From Bradymonadia bacterium (GTDB lineage: Bacteria > Myxococcota_A > Bradymonadia > UBA7976 > UBA1532), in NCBI GenBank assembly GCA_046290225.1, contig JBKAGE010000078.1:384001-448000 (forward strand): a stretch of DNA of 64,000 bases. The letters run 5' to 3'. Shown piece by piece: positions 18,668 through 29,900 of this stretch. The notes below the pieces were generated by a model. It was not told the origin of the DNA, searched no databases, and saw nothing but the letters and a program-made list of their open reading frames with translations. The position numbers were made by a program, and so were the translations under genes. Position 1 is the first letter of the stretch; each line of letters starts with the position of its first letter.

Positions 18668-19420
18668 ATGCTCTGGCGCATCATCAAGTGGTTCTTCATC
18701 CTCGTAGGGATCCTCGCCCTGCTGACCGTGGGCTTCGTGTACTGGCAGCTGCGCACCCTCAAGGAGGCGATGCGACAGGACCAGCCCCTGGCCATCGCCG
18801 CCGTCGAGGCCCCGCCAGATGCACGGCAGGCCCTCGTACAGAAGGCCATGGAAGAGGCCGCGTCGTCAGAGCACGTGATCAAGCTCTCCGGTGAGCACCT
18901 CACCTGGATCCTCTCCGCGGTGATCCGTCGGCCCGAGGTGCGTCAGGCCATCGAGCAGAACGGCGCTCAGATCTCCAGTCAGGTGCAGGACTTGCCCGTA
19001 GGCGACTTCGAGCACTTCCGCATCGAGAACTTCGATCTCGACCGCCTGAAGGTGAAGGTGAGCATCGAGGGTGACGTGCTCACCCTCGCGGGCACCATGC
19101 CCTACCGAAACGACGACAGTCACCTGAACCTCAGCATGTCCGCAGCAGGATCATGGCAGGCGGGGGCGGGGCAACTCGACCCCCGCACCCTCGTCATCGG
19201 CGATGAAGATCTCCTCGACGGCATGCTCACGGGGGGCACGCTCCGCACGGCCATCGAAGAGGCCGCAGAGCAGGGCTTTGCGTCCATCCCGCCTCATCAG
19301 GCGGCGGCGAGCCCCGTGGAGCGCGTGGAAGTCAAAGATGGCTTGCTGCAGCTCACCATGAAGCCCGGCACGACGCAGAAGGTGGGATTGGTGATGAGCC
19401 GCCTGCTCGGCGGGATGTAA
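18668..19420 (+). CDS. Hypothetical membrane-anchored protein
   Basis: GGGAGG RBS; N-terminal TM helix; high-GC3 codon usage. Confidence 0.75.
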   Translation: MLWRIIKWFFILVGILALLTVGFVYWQLRTLKEAMRQDQPLAIAAVEAPPDARQALVQKAMEEAASSEHVIKLSGEHLTWILSAVIRRPEVRQAIEQNGAQISSQVQDLPVGDFEHFRIENFDLDRLKVKVSIEGDVLTLAGTMPYRNDDSHLNLSMSAAGSWQAGAGQLDPRTLVIGDEDLLDGMLTGGTLRTAIEEAAEQGFASIPPHQAAASPVERVEVKDGLLQLTMKPGTTQKVGLVMSRLLGGM

Positions 19421-19432
19421 GCCGAGAGCGTC

Positions 19433-20050
19433 TCAGCTCACGGACCAGCCTCGGGCGGCGAAGGGCCCCTCGACGAGGGCCTGCCAAATCTGACGCTGCA
19501 CCTCTTCGATGCTCTGTGATCCGTCAATGACCAGCCGGTAGGGTCGCTCGATGGCCCGAAAGATGGCCCCACAGCGGGTGAGATCAGCCTCTTGCTCGAA
19601 CAGGTTGGCCACGTCGCCCCTGCCCTTCACTCTGCCCAACCCCACCTTGGCGCCGATGTCGATGAGCACGAGCAGATCAGGTGCCGGCGCGAAGGCTTCG
19701 TTCTGGGCGAGGATGTCGTCTACATCGAGGCCACGGATGCCCTGATAGGCCGCCGTCGAGAAGTAGTATCGATCGAGGATCACCACCTCACCCGCAGCGA
19801 GAGCGGGGTTGATGAGGCCGTCGACGTGCTCTCGCCGGTCGAGGATGAAGGTCTCGAGCTCTTCCTCGGCGCTCAGGCGACCTGTAGAGGCCGACTCTCT
19901 TAGACGACGACCATGGGGCCCGTTGGTGGGCTCCTTCGAGAGCCTCACCGTCAGGCCTGCGGCCTCACAGGCGCTCTGGAGCAGCCCGGCCTGGGTGGTC
20001 TTGCCCCCGCCATCGATGCCTTCGAAGACGACGAGCACGCCCGGCGTCAC
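19433..20050 (-). CDS. tmk: Thymidylate (dTMP) kinase
   Basis: FEGIDGGGKTTQ, KEPT, LDRYYFST.AYQG. Confidence 0.95.
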   Translation of the reverse strand: MTPGVLVVFEGIDGGGKTTQAGLLQSACEAAGLTVRLSKEPTNGPHGRRLRESASTGRLSAEEELETFILDRREHVDGLINPALAAGEVVILDRYYFSTAAYQGIRGLDVDDILAQNEAFAPAPDLLVLIDIGAKVGLGRVKGRGDVANLFEQEADLTRCGAIFRAIERPYRLVIDGSQSIEEVQRQIWQALVEGPFAARGWSVS

Positions 20051-20934
20051 GACTTCACCCGTGCGAGGGGCTGGCCCATGCGGATGGGGCTGCCGTCGGG
20101 GCGCGGCTCGAGCACCAGATCGGGGTTCTCGAAGAGCACCACCGCCGTGGAGCCGAGGTGGAACACACCGAGCTCGGCGCCGCGGACCACCTCGGGGCTC
20201 GGGGTGTACGTCCGTACGGTGCCCTCGATGCTGGGGCGGTTGCTTTGGATCTCGTCATCGTAGGCCATGGACATATGACCCACTGAGGTGGCCCCCACCA
20301 TCACTGTGGCCACGAGACCGATGGGGCTCTCCACATAGGTGATCACCCGCTCGTTGATGCAGAACAGGTTGGGGATGTTCTCCACCGCGGGCCGGTTCAC
20401 GGGCCACAGCCGGCCAGGGATGTGGTTCGACTTCACGATGCGCCCCTCAACGGGGTGATGCACGCGGTGGTAGTCCCTGGGGCTCAGGTACACGGTGGCC
20501 CAGTGACCCTGACGGAACCGACGCCCCAATTCCACGTCGCCGAGCATCTCGGCAGCGGAGTAAGTGAACCCCTTCGCCTGAATCAGGTTGCCCTGGTTCA
20601 TCTTGCCACCATTGGCGAAGACCCCGTCTGCGGGCGACACCGCGCATTGGGGGGCCTGGTGGATCGGCCGGGCGCCGGGGCGCAGACGACGCGTGAAGAA
20701 TTCGCCGATGGACCGGTAGTGGTCGATGGGGTGCTCAGCCTCGTCGATGTTGATGTCGTAGGCTCTGGCGAAGGCCTTCACCGAGGCCTGGCCCAGGGGG
20801 CCAGGCAGGCGACTGTGGGCCAGCTGGCCTACTGTGCGGCTCAGGGCGTTCTTGGGCACGAGACCCAAGGCCCCCAGGTACAGCCGATCGTTCACGTTGG
20901 GCTCCTGAAGTGGGCCCCCGCGCTCGGGGGCCAT
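20047..20934 (-). CDS. psd: Phosphatidylserine decarboxylase proenzyme
   Basis: FFTR.L..GARP, VSPADG, YLSPRDYHRVH, NERV, LGST self-cleavage motif. Confidence 0.95.
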   Translation of the reverse strand: MAPERGGPLQEPNVNDRLYLGALGLVPKNALSRTVGQLAHSRLPGPLGQASVKAFARAYDINIDEAEHPIDHYRSIGEFFTRRLRPGARPIHQAPQCAVSPADGVFANGGKMNQGNLIQAKGFTYSAAEMLGDVELGRRFRQGHWATVYLSPRDYHRVHHPVEGRIVKSNHIPGRLWPVNRPAVENIPNLFCINERVITYVESPIGLVATVMVGATSVGHMSMAYDDEIQSNRPSIEGTVRTYTPSPEVVRGAELGVFHLGSTAVVLFENPDLVLEPRPDGSPIRMGQPLARVKS

Positions 20935-20967
20935 TGACCTTTACACACTGCGTTTCCGCAGTGCGCT

Positions 20968-23900
20968 TCACAGGCGGGCGAGGGCCGCCTTGCTCTCTTC
21001 ATGGGCGGGATCGAACCCGAGGGCCCGGTTGTACATGTCCCGAGCCTTCCGGGCATCACCCATTTGCTCACGGATCACACCGAGGTTGTAGAAGACGTCG
21101 ACCTTCTCTGCGGGGGTCTTCATCTTCATCTGGTGCAGCAACATCGTCTGGAAGATCTTGAGGGCTCGGGGCCACTCGGCACGATCGACGTAGATGTGGC
21201 CCAGGCGAGAGAGGTTGGGCAGATAGGTGGCGTCGTACTCGAAGCAGGCGGTGTAAGCCTCGAGGGCTGCCTCCTGATCACCGCGGGCCTCGTAGATGCG
21301 CCCGAGGTGGAAGTTGTACTTGAAGAGGGCCTTGAAGCGCCGACGAGACTTCAGATCATCGATGATGCCCCGAATCACGGGCTCGGCATCATCGCCTCGA
21401 TCGGCGTCGAGGTAGGCCTCGATGAGCTGATCAGCCACCTGTAAATCGTTCGACTGGAGCCCATACGCCGCCTCGAGGTGACCGAGGGCAGCGCCATGAT
21501 CACCGGTGCCCTTGCACAGTGCACCGAGGGTGAGCAGAGCGGGTACCCGCGCTTCGCCTTCGAGGGCTGCGAGCTTGAGCGTGTTGAGCTCGATGAGCGC
21601 TGCGGTGTCATCCGAGCCGTCTTCGTGGGCGCCGGTGGCCAGCTGAATCAGGCGATCGATGGCCACGACGTCGCTGGCCTCGTCCACGGCCTTCTGCAAG
21701 GCAGCCTTGCCACCTTCGACATCGTCGAGCTGGTCGAGGCGCAGCAAGCCCAGGCGCCGCCAGGACTCCGCACGATCAGGACCCTCTGGTGCATGCTCGA
21801 TGGCCTTCTCCAGGACCTCGGCGCAGGCGGCCCACTCCCCGGAGGTCTCGTGGAGCGAGGCGAGTCGGTTGAGGGCGCCGGGGTGGTGATCGTCCACGGC
21901 GAGCACAGCGTTGAGGTGCTCCACCGCTCGACCCATGTCGTGCAGGTGCAGCTCGCAGACTTCGGCCATCTCAAGGTGCAGCTTCAGCACTCGATCCTGA
22001 TCGCCCTGGTCGCGAATGGCGTCCAGGTGCTCGTTGAGGGTGTCCACCAGATCGTACCAGCGGTCTGACTGCCGATAGAGCCCGGTGAGCTTCTCGAAGG
22101 CACCCTGGTGATCCGAGCGCTGGGCGAGGGCCTGCCGGTAGTACTCCATGGCGTCGTCGCGTCGCTGGAGCCGCTCTTCGGCGTTGTCACCCATGGCCAT
22201 GAGCACGTCGAAGCGCTTGGACTCGTCCTCTGCTGCGGTCATCTCCTTGACGTAGACATCTTGCAGGCGATCCCACGAAGCCAGCTGCGTGTAGAGCTGG
22301 GTGAGGGCGGCGAGGGACTCAGCGTCTCCGGCGTCGTGATCGAGGGCCCGCTCGAAGGCGTCTGCGGCGCGCTCGATGTCGTCGAGGGCGTCGCGGCACA
22401 AGACCCCGATCCTGCGGTGCAGGCCGATGAGCTCCTCAGAGTCCATCGTGACGTCGACTCGACGCTCGAGGATGCCCACGAGATCGCTGTGGCGACCGTG
22501 GCCCTCGAAGAGGCCCTCCAGGGCGCCGAGGGCGTCGGCGTCGGCGTCGTCGATGTCGAGGATCTCTTCATAGGCGCTCACGGCGCCGTCGAGATCTTCC
22601 AAGGCCTCAGCACACAGGGCGCCGAGCTTGAGCAGACGGGCCTTCTTCTCGTCGAGGTCGAAGAGGCTCGCAGCCCGTACCCGGTGCACCTCTGCCAGGG
22701 CCGACCAGCTCTCGGCTTCGGTGTAGAGGGCCTCGAGGGCGGTGAGGGCGTCGTCGTTCTCCCCATCGTAGTCGAGGGCCACCTGGTAGTGGCGTACGGC
22801 CTCGCCGAGATCGCCGATCTCGTCGCGACACCACTGCGCCATCCGAATTTGATCTTCGAGGCGCAGGTCGACGTCGTTGATGGCGTCCTGAGCGTGCTCG
22901 ATGGCTTCGATCATCGACGACCACGCCTTCAGCTCGGCGCCGAGGCGCAGGAACTCGCCGCGGACATCCTCGTCTTCAGGATCTTCCACGAAGGCGAGCC
23001 GCTGAGCCTGGAAGGCCCCCTCGGTGTCGGTGAGGTTGCCCTCGCGGATCTGCGCGATCTGCCCCCAGAGGGTGGCGCGATCTCGCGCATCATCGGCGAG
23101 CTCCACCCGCATCTCGGTGAGGATGGCCACCTTCTCCCACAGCTCGGCTTCGCGATAGATCGGGTCGAGGACCTCGGCGACGGCCTCGCGATGCTCGAGG
23201 TTCACCGCGAGACGCTCCATGGCCTCAAGGGCGTACCGATGGTCTGCCTGATCCCACAGCACCTGACGGTAGAGCGTCAGAGCGCCGGCGAGATCGCCCT
23301 CCACAGCCTCGAGCAGGTAGCCGAGGCGGAAGCGCAGCTCCACCATCTCGCCCTCTTCGGCGAGTTCGATACGGGACCGCAGGATCTCGATGAGGGCGGG
23401 CCAGTCCTGCTGGCCGAGGTACAAGGCGTCGAGGGCCTTGAGGGCCTCTGCGTCGTACGGATCAGCCCGGAGCACCGCGCGCCAGGCATCGATGGCCTGA
23501 ATCGGCTCGGAGAGCTCCTGCTCGTAAATGAGCGCCAGTTTGCGGCTCAGAGCCTGGGAGACTGTGGCGTCGAGCACAGCGGCCGCCTGGCCGGCGTACA
23601 ACTCTGCCACGCGATCGAAGGCCTGCAGCTCGGCCCCGAGGGTGTCGAGAGCCTGCACCACCTCTGCCTCGGTGGGATCTTCCTGGAACGCGAGGCCGAA
23701 GAAGTCGAAGGCACCCTGAGCATCACCGAGGTGATCTCGGTGGATGCGGGCGAGACGGCAGAACAACGTGAGGCGCTCGGCCCGCTCCTGAGTCTCTTCG
23801 AGCTGAAGCTCGAGGATACGGGCGAGGGCTTCATGGGCCTCGACGGCGCTGTAGTGCCGCTCGAGCACGCGGCTGGCCTGCAGCCGATGATCGTAGTCAT

Positions 23901-26900
23901 CCAGAAGGCCCTCAAGGGCCTCCACGGCCTGAGGCGTGGTCTCGGCATCGTCGGGGCGCCGATCGAGCAGCTCTCCATACATCTCGATGGCCTGAGCGAT
24001 CTGCCCGAGGTGCGCTCTGAGCACCTCGCCGATGGCCAGGTCGAGCACGTCGAGGGCCGTACTCTCGGGATCGCTCTCGACACAGTGAGCCCGCTCGCCT
24101 TCGAGCAGATCGATGAGCTCGCCCCAGCGGGTCTCCGCGCGGTAGAGCCGCTTGAGAGACTCGATGGCCCGCTCGTCCCGAGGGGCCGCCTCTCTCACGG
24201 AGCGCCAGGTGAAGATGGCCTCGTCGACATCTTCGAGGCGGACCTCGCACAGATCGGCGATCCGGTACTGCAGCTGCCGGCGGCCCTCGTCGTCGAGAGG
24301 CGCCACTTCGAGCTTCTCTCGGAGCGCGTTGGTGAGCTGGTCCCAGTCTTCGATGTGGGTGTAGAGCGCCGCGAGGGCGTCGAGGGCCTGCACGTGCTCG
24401 GGATCTTCGTCGAGGACCCGGCGCCATGTGTCGATGGCCTCACTGGGGCGATCCAACTCCGCAGTGTGGAGATGCGCCATACGCTCCAGCAAGGCGATCT
24501 TGGCGGGGGTCTCGCTGACGATCTCGGCCTTGCGTCCGAGGATCTCAACGAGGCCCTCGTGGTCGTGATGTCGCGTGTAGATGCCCTCAAGGGCATCGAG
24601 GGCACTCATCCGGCTGTCGTCGATGAGCAGCACACGTCGGTAGCACTCCACCGCAGGCTCGTCAGCACCGAGGCGCGTCTCGTACACCCCGGCCACCTTG
24701 TGGAGGATCTCCGCAGCAGCTTCGAGATCACCGAAGGACTCGATGCCACCCAGGTAGGCCTCCACGAGGGGCTGCCAGGCCTCGATCTCACCGGCAATCC
24801 GGTCCAGAGGGGCTTGCAGGTCGGGGTTGCCGTAGTCCTCGGCGAATGCACGACGCCAGGCATCGAAGGCGGCAACTTTGTCGGCGAGCCGCTCTTCCTG
24901 AGCCTTGGCCATGCGGCTGAGGATCTCCACCCGGCCCCAAGGCTCGCTCACGAAGCGCAGCTGCACCTCGAGCACGATGATCCAATCCTGCCAGCGATCC
25001 TGATCGGCATAGATGGGCTCAAGCAGACGCGCCACGTGGTCCTGCAAGGGCATCGGCGGATCATCGGAGAGGGTCTCGAGCATCTGCTCGAGGGACTCCA
25101 AGGCCACAGCATGCTGTGGATCATCTTCCACGATGACCGTATGCCAGGCCTCGATGGCCCCGGCCTGATCGCCGAGACGCAGGTTGAGCACGTCGCCCAG
25201 GCGGGTGCGCAACCCGGCCCGGGTCGCGGCCTCATCAGCATGATCGATCTGAGCGCTGATCAGCTCTGCCTGCTCAGCCCAGCGGGCCTCACGGGTGAGC
25301 AGCCGCTCCACGTCGTCGAAAGCGGGCACGTTGCCCGGCTCGATCTCCCTCACCCGACGGAGCGCGCCGAGGGCCCGGTCCACATCGCCGAGGGTCTCGT
25401 CGAGCAGGCCCGCAGCCTTGAAGAGCAAGCTCTTCTGATCTTCGACGGCCTCCTCCGCTTCGGCGCGGTTGAGGTAGAGGGCCACGAGATCCTCGAAGGC
25501 CTCGGTGCGGGTGTAGAGCGCCACCAGAAGCTCGATGGCCTTCTGATGACCAGGCTCGATCTCCAGGACTGCCCGGTAGCAATCACGGGCGGCTTCGTCG
25601 AGGCCGCGGATCTGCTCCTCGATGTGACCGAGCTCGAGGTAGAGCACCACCTTCAACGCCGGATCGGCGATCTCTCCGATGACATCGTGATAGGCGTTGA
25701 CGAGCCGATCGAGGGTGAGCGCCGCCTGGGCGAGGCGGGTGGCCTCTGCACGGTTGGCTTCCAGCGCAGGGGCCAGGGGGAAGGCACGAATGCACGCGCC
25801 GAAGGCCGCGGCGTCGTCACCGAGGCGGCCGCTGTGGATCTCGGCGATCTCCCGGAGAAGGGTCACCCGGGCCTCAGTCTCCACCTCAGGATCTCGCTGA
25901 CGGGCCTCGAGCACCAGAACCAGGGCTGCGAACTGCTCGTCCCGGCGATAGTGGGGCTCGAGGATCAAGCCTGCACTCAATGTGCTGATGCCCGCCTGTG
26001 CAGCGCGGTCTTCTTCGCCGAAGAGTGCCTCGAGGGCGCCGCGGGCGGCCTCGTGGGCCGACATCCGATCGAGGATGCCCTTGTAGATGCCCAGGGCCTT
26101 CTCACCTTCACCGAGGTGACGCTCCCATGCCTCGCCGAGCTTGAACTCCAAGTCGGCACGAGCGGGATCTTCAGTGACGTCACCGAGGCGGGCTTCGTAC
26201 AACTGCGTCAGCTCGGGCCAGCGCTCCGAGAGTGAGAGCAGGCGCTCGAGCTCGGTGAAGGCCCCCACGTCATGACGATCGTCGGCGAGCACGCTGCGCC
26301 ATGTATCGATGGCCTCGGGGAGATCGCCGAGGCGAGTCTCCCAGATGCCTGCCCGGCGAGCACGCAAGCTCCGACGGCTCTCGGCCTCTGCGGTGCGCTC
26401 CGCCTTCTCGGCGAGGATCTGCACCAGGGCCACGTCGTCACCCACCTGGTCGTAGAGGACCTCGAGGGCGTCGAGGGCCCGAGGCTCACCTTCAACGAGG
26501 GCGAGCACCTGACGGTACTCTTCGATGGCCCTGTTCACGTCGTCGAGATGCGTATGGGCGATCTCGGCGATCTTGAGGTGCACCGTCACCGCCTCGGTCT
26601 CGTCGGTCATGGAGATCTCGCTGAGCAGGTCAGCGAGCTCACCATAGCTGTCCGTGGTCCCGGCGAGCCGCTCCAGGCCCTCGCGGATGTCGGCACGACC
26701 ACCGCTCGACGTATAGGCCTCGCTCAGCGTCTCGAAGGCCGAGACCGGCTGCTCAAGGGCCTCTTCTTCGAGGATGGCGATCTGCAAGAGCGTGGGGATC
26801 TGCTCTTCTTCAGGCCGATCGGCGAGGGTGAGACGCAGCGTGTCGCGGAGAGCGAGGTGATGCCCTGCAGCGGTGTAGATGGGCTCCAGGCTCCTGCAGG

Positions 26901-29900
26901 CCGCCAATCGCACCTCGGGGGCTTCGAGCAGGGACTCGAGGCCATCGCGGGCACCGCCGTGGTCCGGCGTACGGGCCACGATGTGGTTGAAGCACGCCAG
27001 TGCTTCTTCGGGCTGCCCCAAAGGACCCCAAAGCAGACGACCCATGCGCAGCTCGAAGGCGTTGCGGCCATCGTCGCCTTCGGCGAGGCCAAGCTCCCGC
27101 GTCAGAATCTCCAGGAGCGCCTCATGACGCTCCAGCTCCGAGAACAGGCGATCCAGCTCGCCGAGGGCTCGGGTGTCTTCGGCATCGAGTTCGAGGATGT
27201 CGCGATACACCGAGACGGCGTCGTCACGCTCCTCAAGGGGCTGCTCCAAAAGGGCCGCCGCCTTGAACAAGAGCGCCTTGCGATCTTCGACGGCCTCTGC
27301 CCGAGCACCATGGTCGAGCAGAACCTCCACGAGGGCCCGGTGATCTTCTACTGCGGTGAAGAGCCGCTCCAGCGCCACGTGGGCATCCAGCCCCTCAGGG
27401 CGGAGCGCGCGGATCTGGCTCCATGCCTTGATGGCCTGTCGTGGGGCCTCGAGCTCACTCTCGTACACCTGAGCGAGGCGCACGAGCAGAGCCACCCGGG
27501 GATCCTCTTCAGCCTCGAGCACCACCCGGCGCTCCAGGATCTCGGCGAGGGCGTCGGCGTCGCCGACCTTGAAGTACAGCGCGTCGAGTCGAGCCAGGGC
27601 TTCGGTGTCTTCAGGGAAGAGATCGAGCAGCCGCACGAGGGCGGCGATGGCCTCATTGGCCTCGTCGAGGCGGCGATCGTAGAGCACGGAGATGAGGGCC
27701 AGCATGCTGCGCTGCACCTCGGCCTCGATGTCACAGCCCTCTACGTCGAGGGGACCGCGGAGCACCTGCACCAGAGCAGGCCAGCCCTCAGTCATGGCGG
27801 CGAGCCGCTGAAGCTCGGCGAGCACCTGGGGGTTGCCGTAGTCGTCCTCGAAGGCCTCGGAGTAAACCACGAGCGCGCCGGGCTGATCGTGGAGCCGGTG
27901 CTCCTTCAGCTCGGCGATGCGGCTGCGCAGGGCCACGCGATCGGCAGGCGTCTCGGCGTCGCTCAGGCGCACCTCGGCGAGGTGAATGCACAACGCCCAG
28001 GCTTCTCGCTGTGTATAGATGGGCGAGAGCAAATCACAGACGTGGGCTCGCAGCTGAGGCCCATCAGCGTGCTCGGTGTCACCCTGCAGGTGCGCCAGCA
28101 TGTGCTCCACGGCCTCCAGCGAAGGCCGGTGCTCAGTGTCGAGGGTGAAGACCTCGCCGTAGCAGACCAGTGCACCTTCGAGATCACCGAGCTGATGCTC
28201 GAGGACCTGAGCGAGCTGGTACAGCAGCTCCACCCGGGCCTGCGTCTCTTCGGCGGCGTCGGTGATCTCCAAACGCCGGCGGAGCAGCCCCGCGAGATCG
28301 GCGTGACGGCCGGTGTTGCGGAAGATGCGCTCCAAGGCGTTGAGCGCCCGGCCCTGACGGGGATCGATGTCGAGGATCCGCCGCAGGGCCACCACGGCGG
28401 CCTCGGGATCTTCGAGGACCTCTTCCCAGAGATCAGCCACCCGGAAGAGAACAGGGATCTGAGCCTCGCCTTCGAGGCAGGCCACCTTGCGCTCGCACAC
28501 CCCGACGAGGCCACGCCAGTCTTCGAGTCGAGTGTTCAGGCGGTCGAGGATCTCAAGGACCTCGAGGGTGTCTCCCTCAGCCCCGGCGAGGGTCTCGAGG
28601 GTGAGCCGGGCCCCCTGAACATCGGAGAGGCGCTCTTCCTGCAGTAGGGCCACTCGACGGCTGTAGGCCGGGGCCTGCTCGCCGCTGAGCGTCACCTGAT
28701 CGCCGGCCACGGCGAAGGTCTGGTACACCTCCACCAGCTGAGCCCAGAGGCGATGAGCGGCAGCGATGGCCTCCAGCTCTCCCCGAACCTCTTCGTCAGA
28801 CGGATCAAAGTTGAGCAGACGCGCGTAGGCCTCGAAGGCCCCGTCGTGATCCGCCAGGGCATCGCGGCGCAGCGCCGCCAGCTCAGCGAGGCGCGCCCGT
28901 CGCTTCTCCTCGAAGGAGCCCTCACCCTCAGCGTCGACGAGCAGGCTCAATACCCGATGCAGCCCGAAGGCATCTCCGGCAGCCCGTAGATGAGGCTCGA
29001 GTACCTCGGCCGCATCGGCGGAGAGGGGGCCGTTGAGGTGAGCAGCGAGGGCCTCGATGGCCCCAGCGTGGGTGCCTTCGATGGCCAGGACCTCGCCATA
29101 TCGACCAATGGCGTGATCACCGTGCCCGGTCTCCTCGCAGAGCCCACCGAGCCGCATGAGCAGCTCAGCCCGACGTGGGGCAGCCTCGGTGAGGGCCAGC
29201 TCCTGCTCGAGGTAACCCACCAGGGCTTCTTGCTCACCTGCCACAGCCGAAAGGCGCTGCAGGCCTTGAATCGCGTCGAGGTGAGAGGGCTCCAGGGCCA
29301 GGATGCCCGTGTAGGCCGCCTGAGCTGCAGCGGCATCTTCTCGCACGTTCTCGTGCAGGCCGCCGATGGCGGTGAGAATCTCCACCTGCGCGGTGGCATC
29401 GCCCTCAGCAGCGTCGAGCTGCGCGGTGTAGATGCCCAGCAGCTCTTCGGATGCGCCGAGGCCCTGGTACAGGCCAGCCAGAGCCCCGAGGACCTCGGGG
29501 CTGTCGCCGGAAAGCTCTCGTACACGCTCGTAGTGCGCCACAGCCTGGGCCGGCTCGTTGAGCGGGCCTGCGTTCATGTGGGCCAGGGCGCGGTGCATCT
29601 CCACCTCGACCTCTGGGGTCTGCACCGAGCGGACCAGCACGCCGAGCAAGTCGGTGAGCGGGCCCCACTGCTCACCGGCCTCGGCGATGCGGATCGCCTC
29701 CGACAGACACGCGGCATCTTCGGGCTGGCGCTGGAGCGCATTGGCCCGCCACATGTAGGCCGCCGGGAGATCTTCGCGCTTGTGCTCGTGGATCTCTGCG
29801 AGGGTCTGCATCAGCGTTTGAGGATCACCGTGCTCGTGATCGAGCTGCACCTCGAGGGTGTCCACCAGCTCGTCCCATTGGGCGGTCTGCTCGTAGTGCG

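Noticed and set aside
22108..26235. 1375-aa + strand ORF and other long ORFs antisense to the TPR gene
   Set aside because: Antisense shadows of high-GC3 coding sequence; no motifs or RBS
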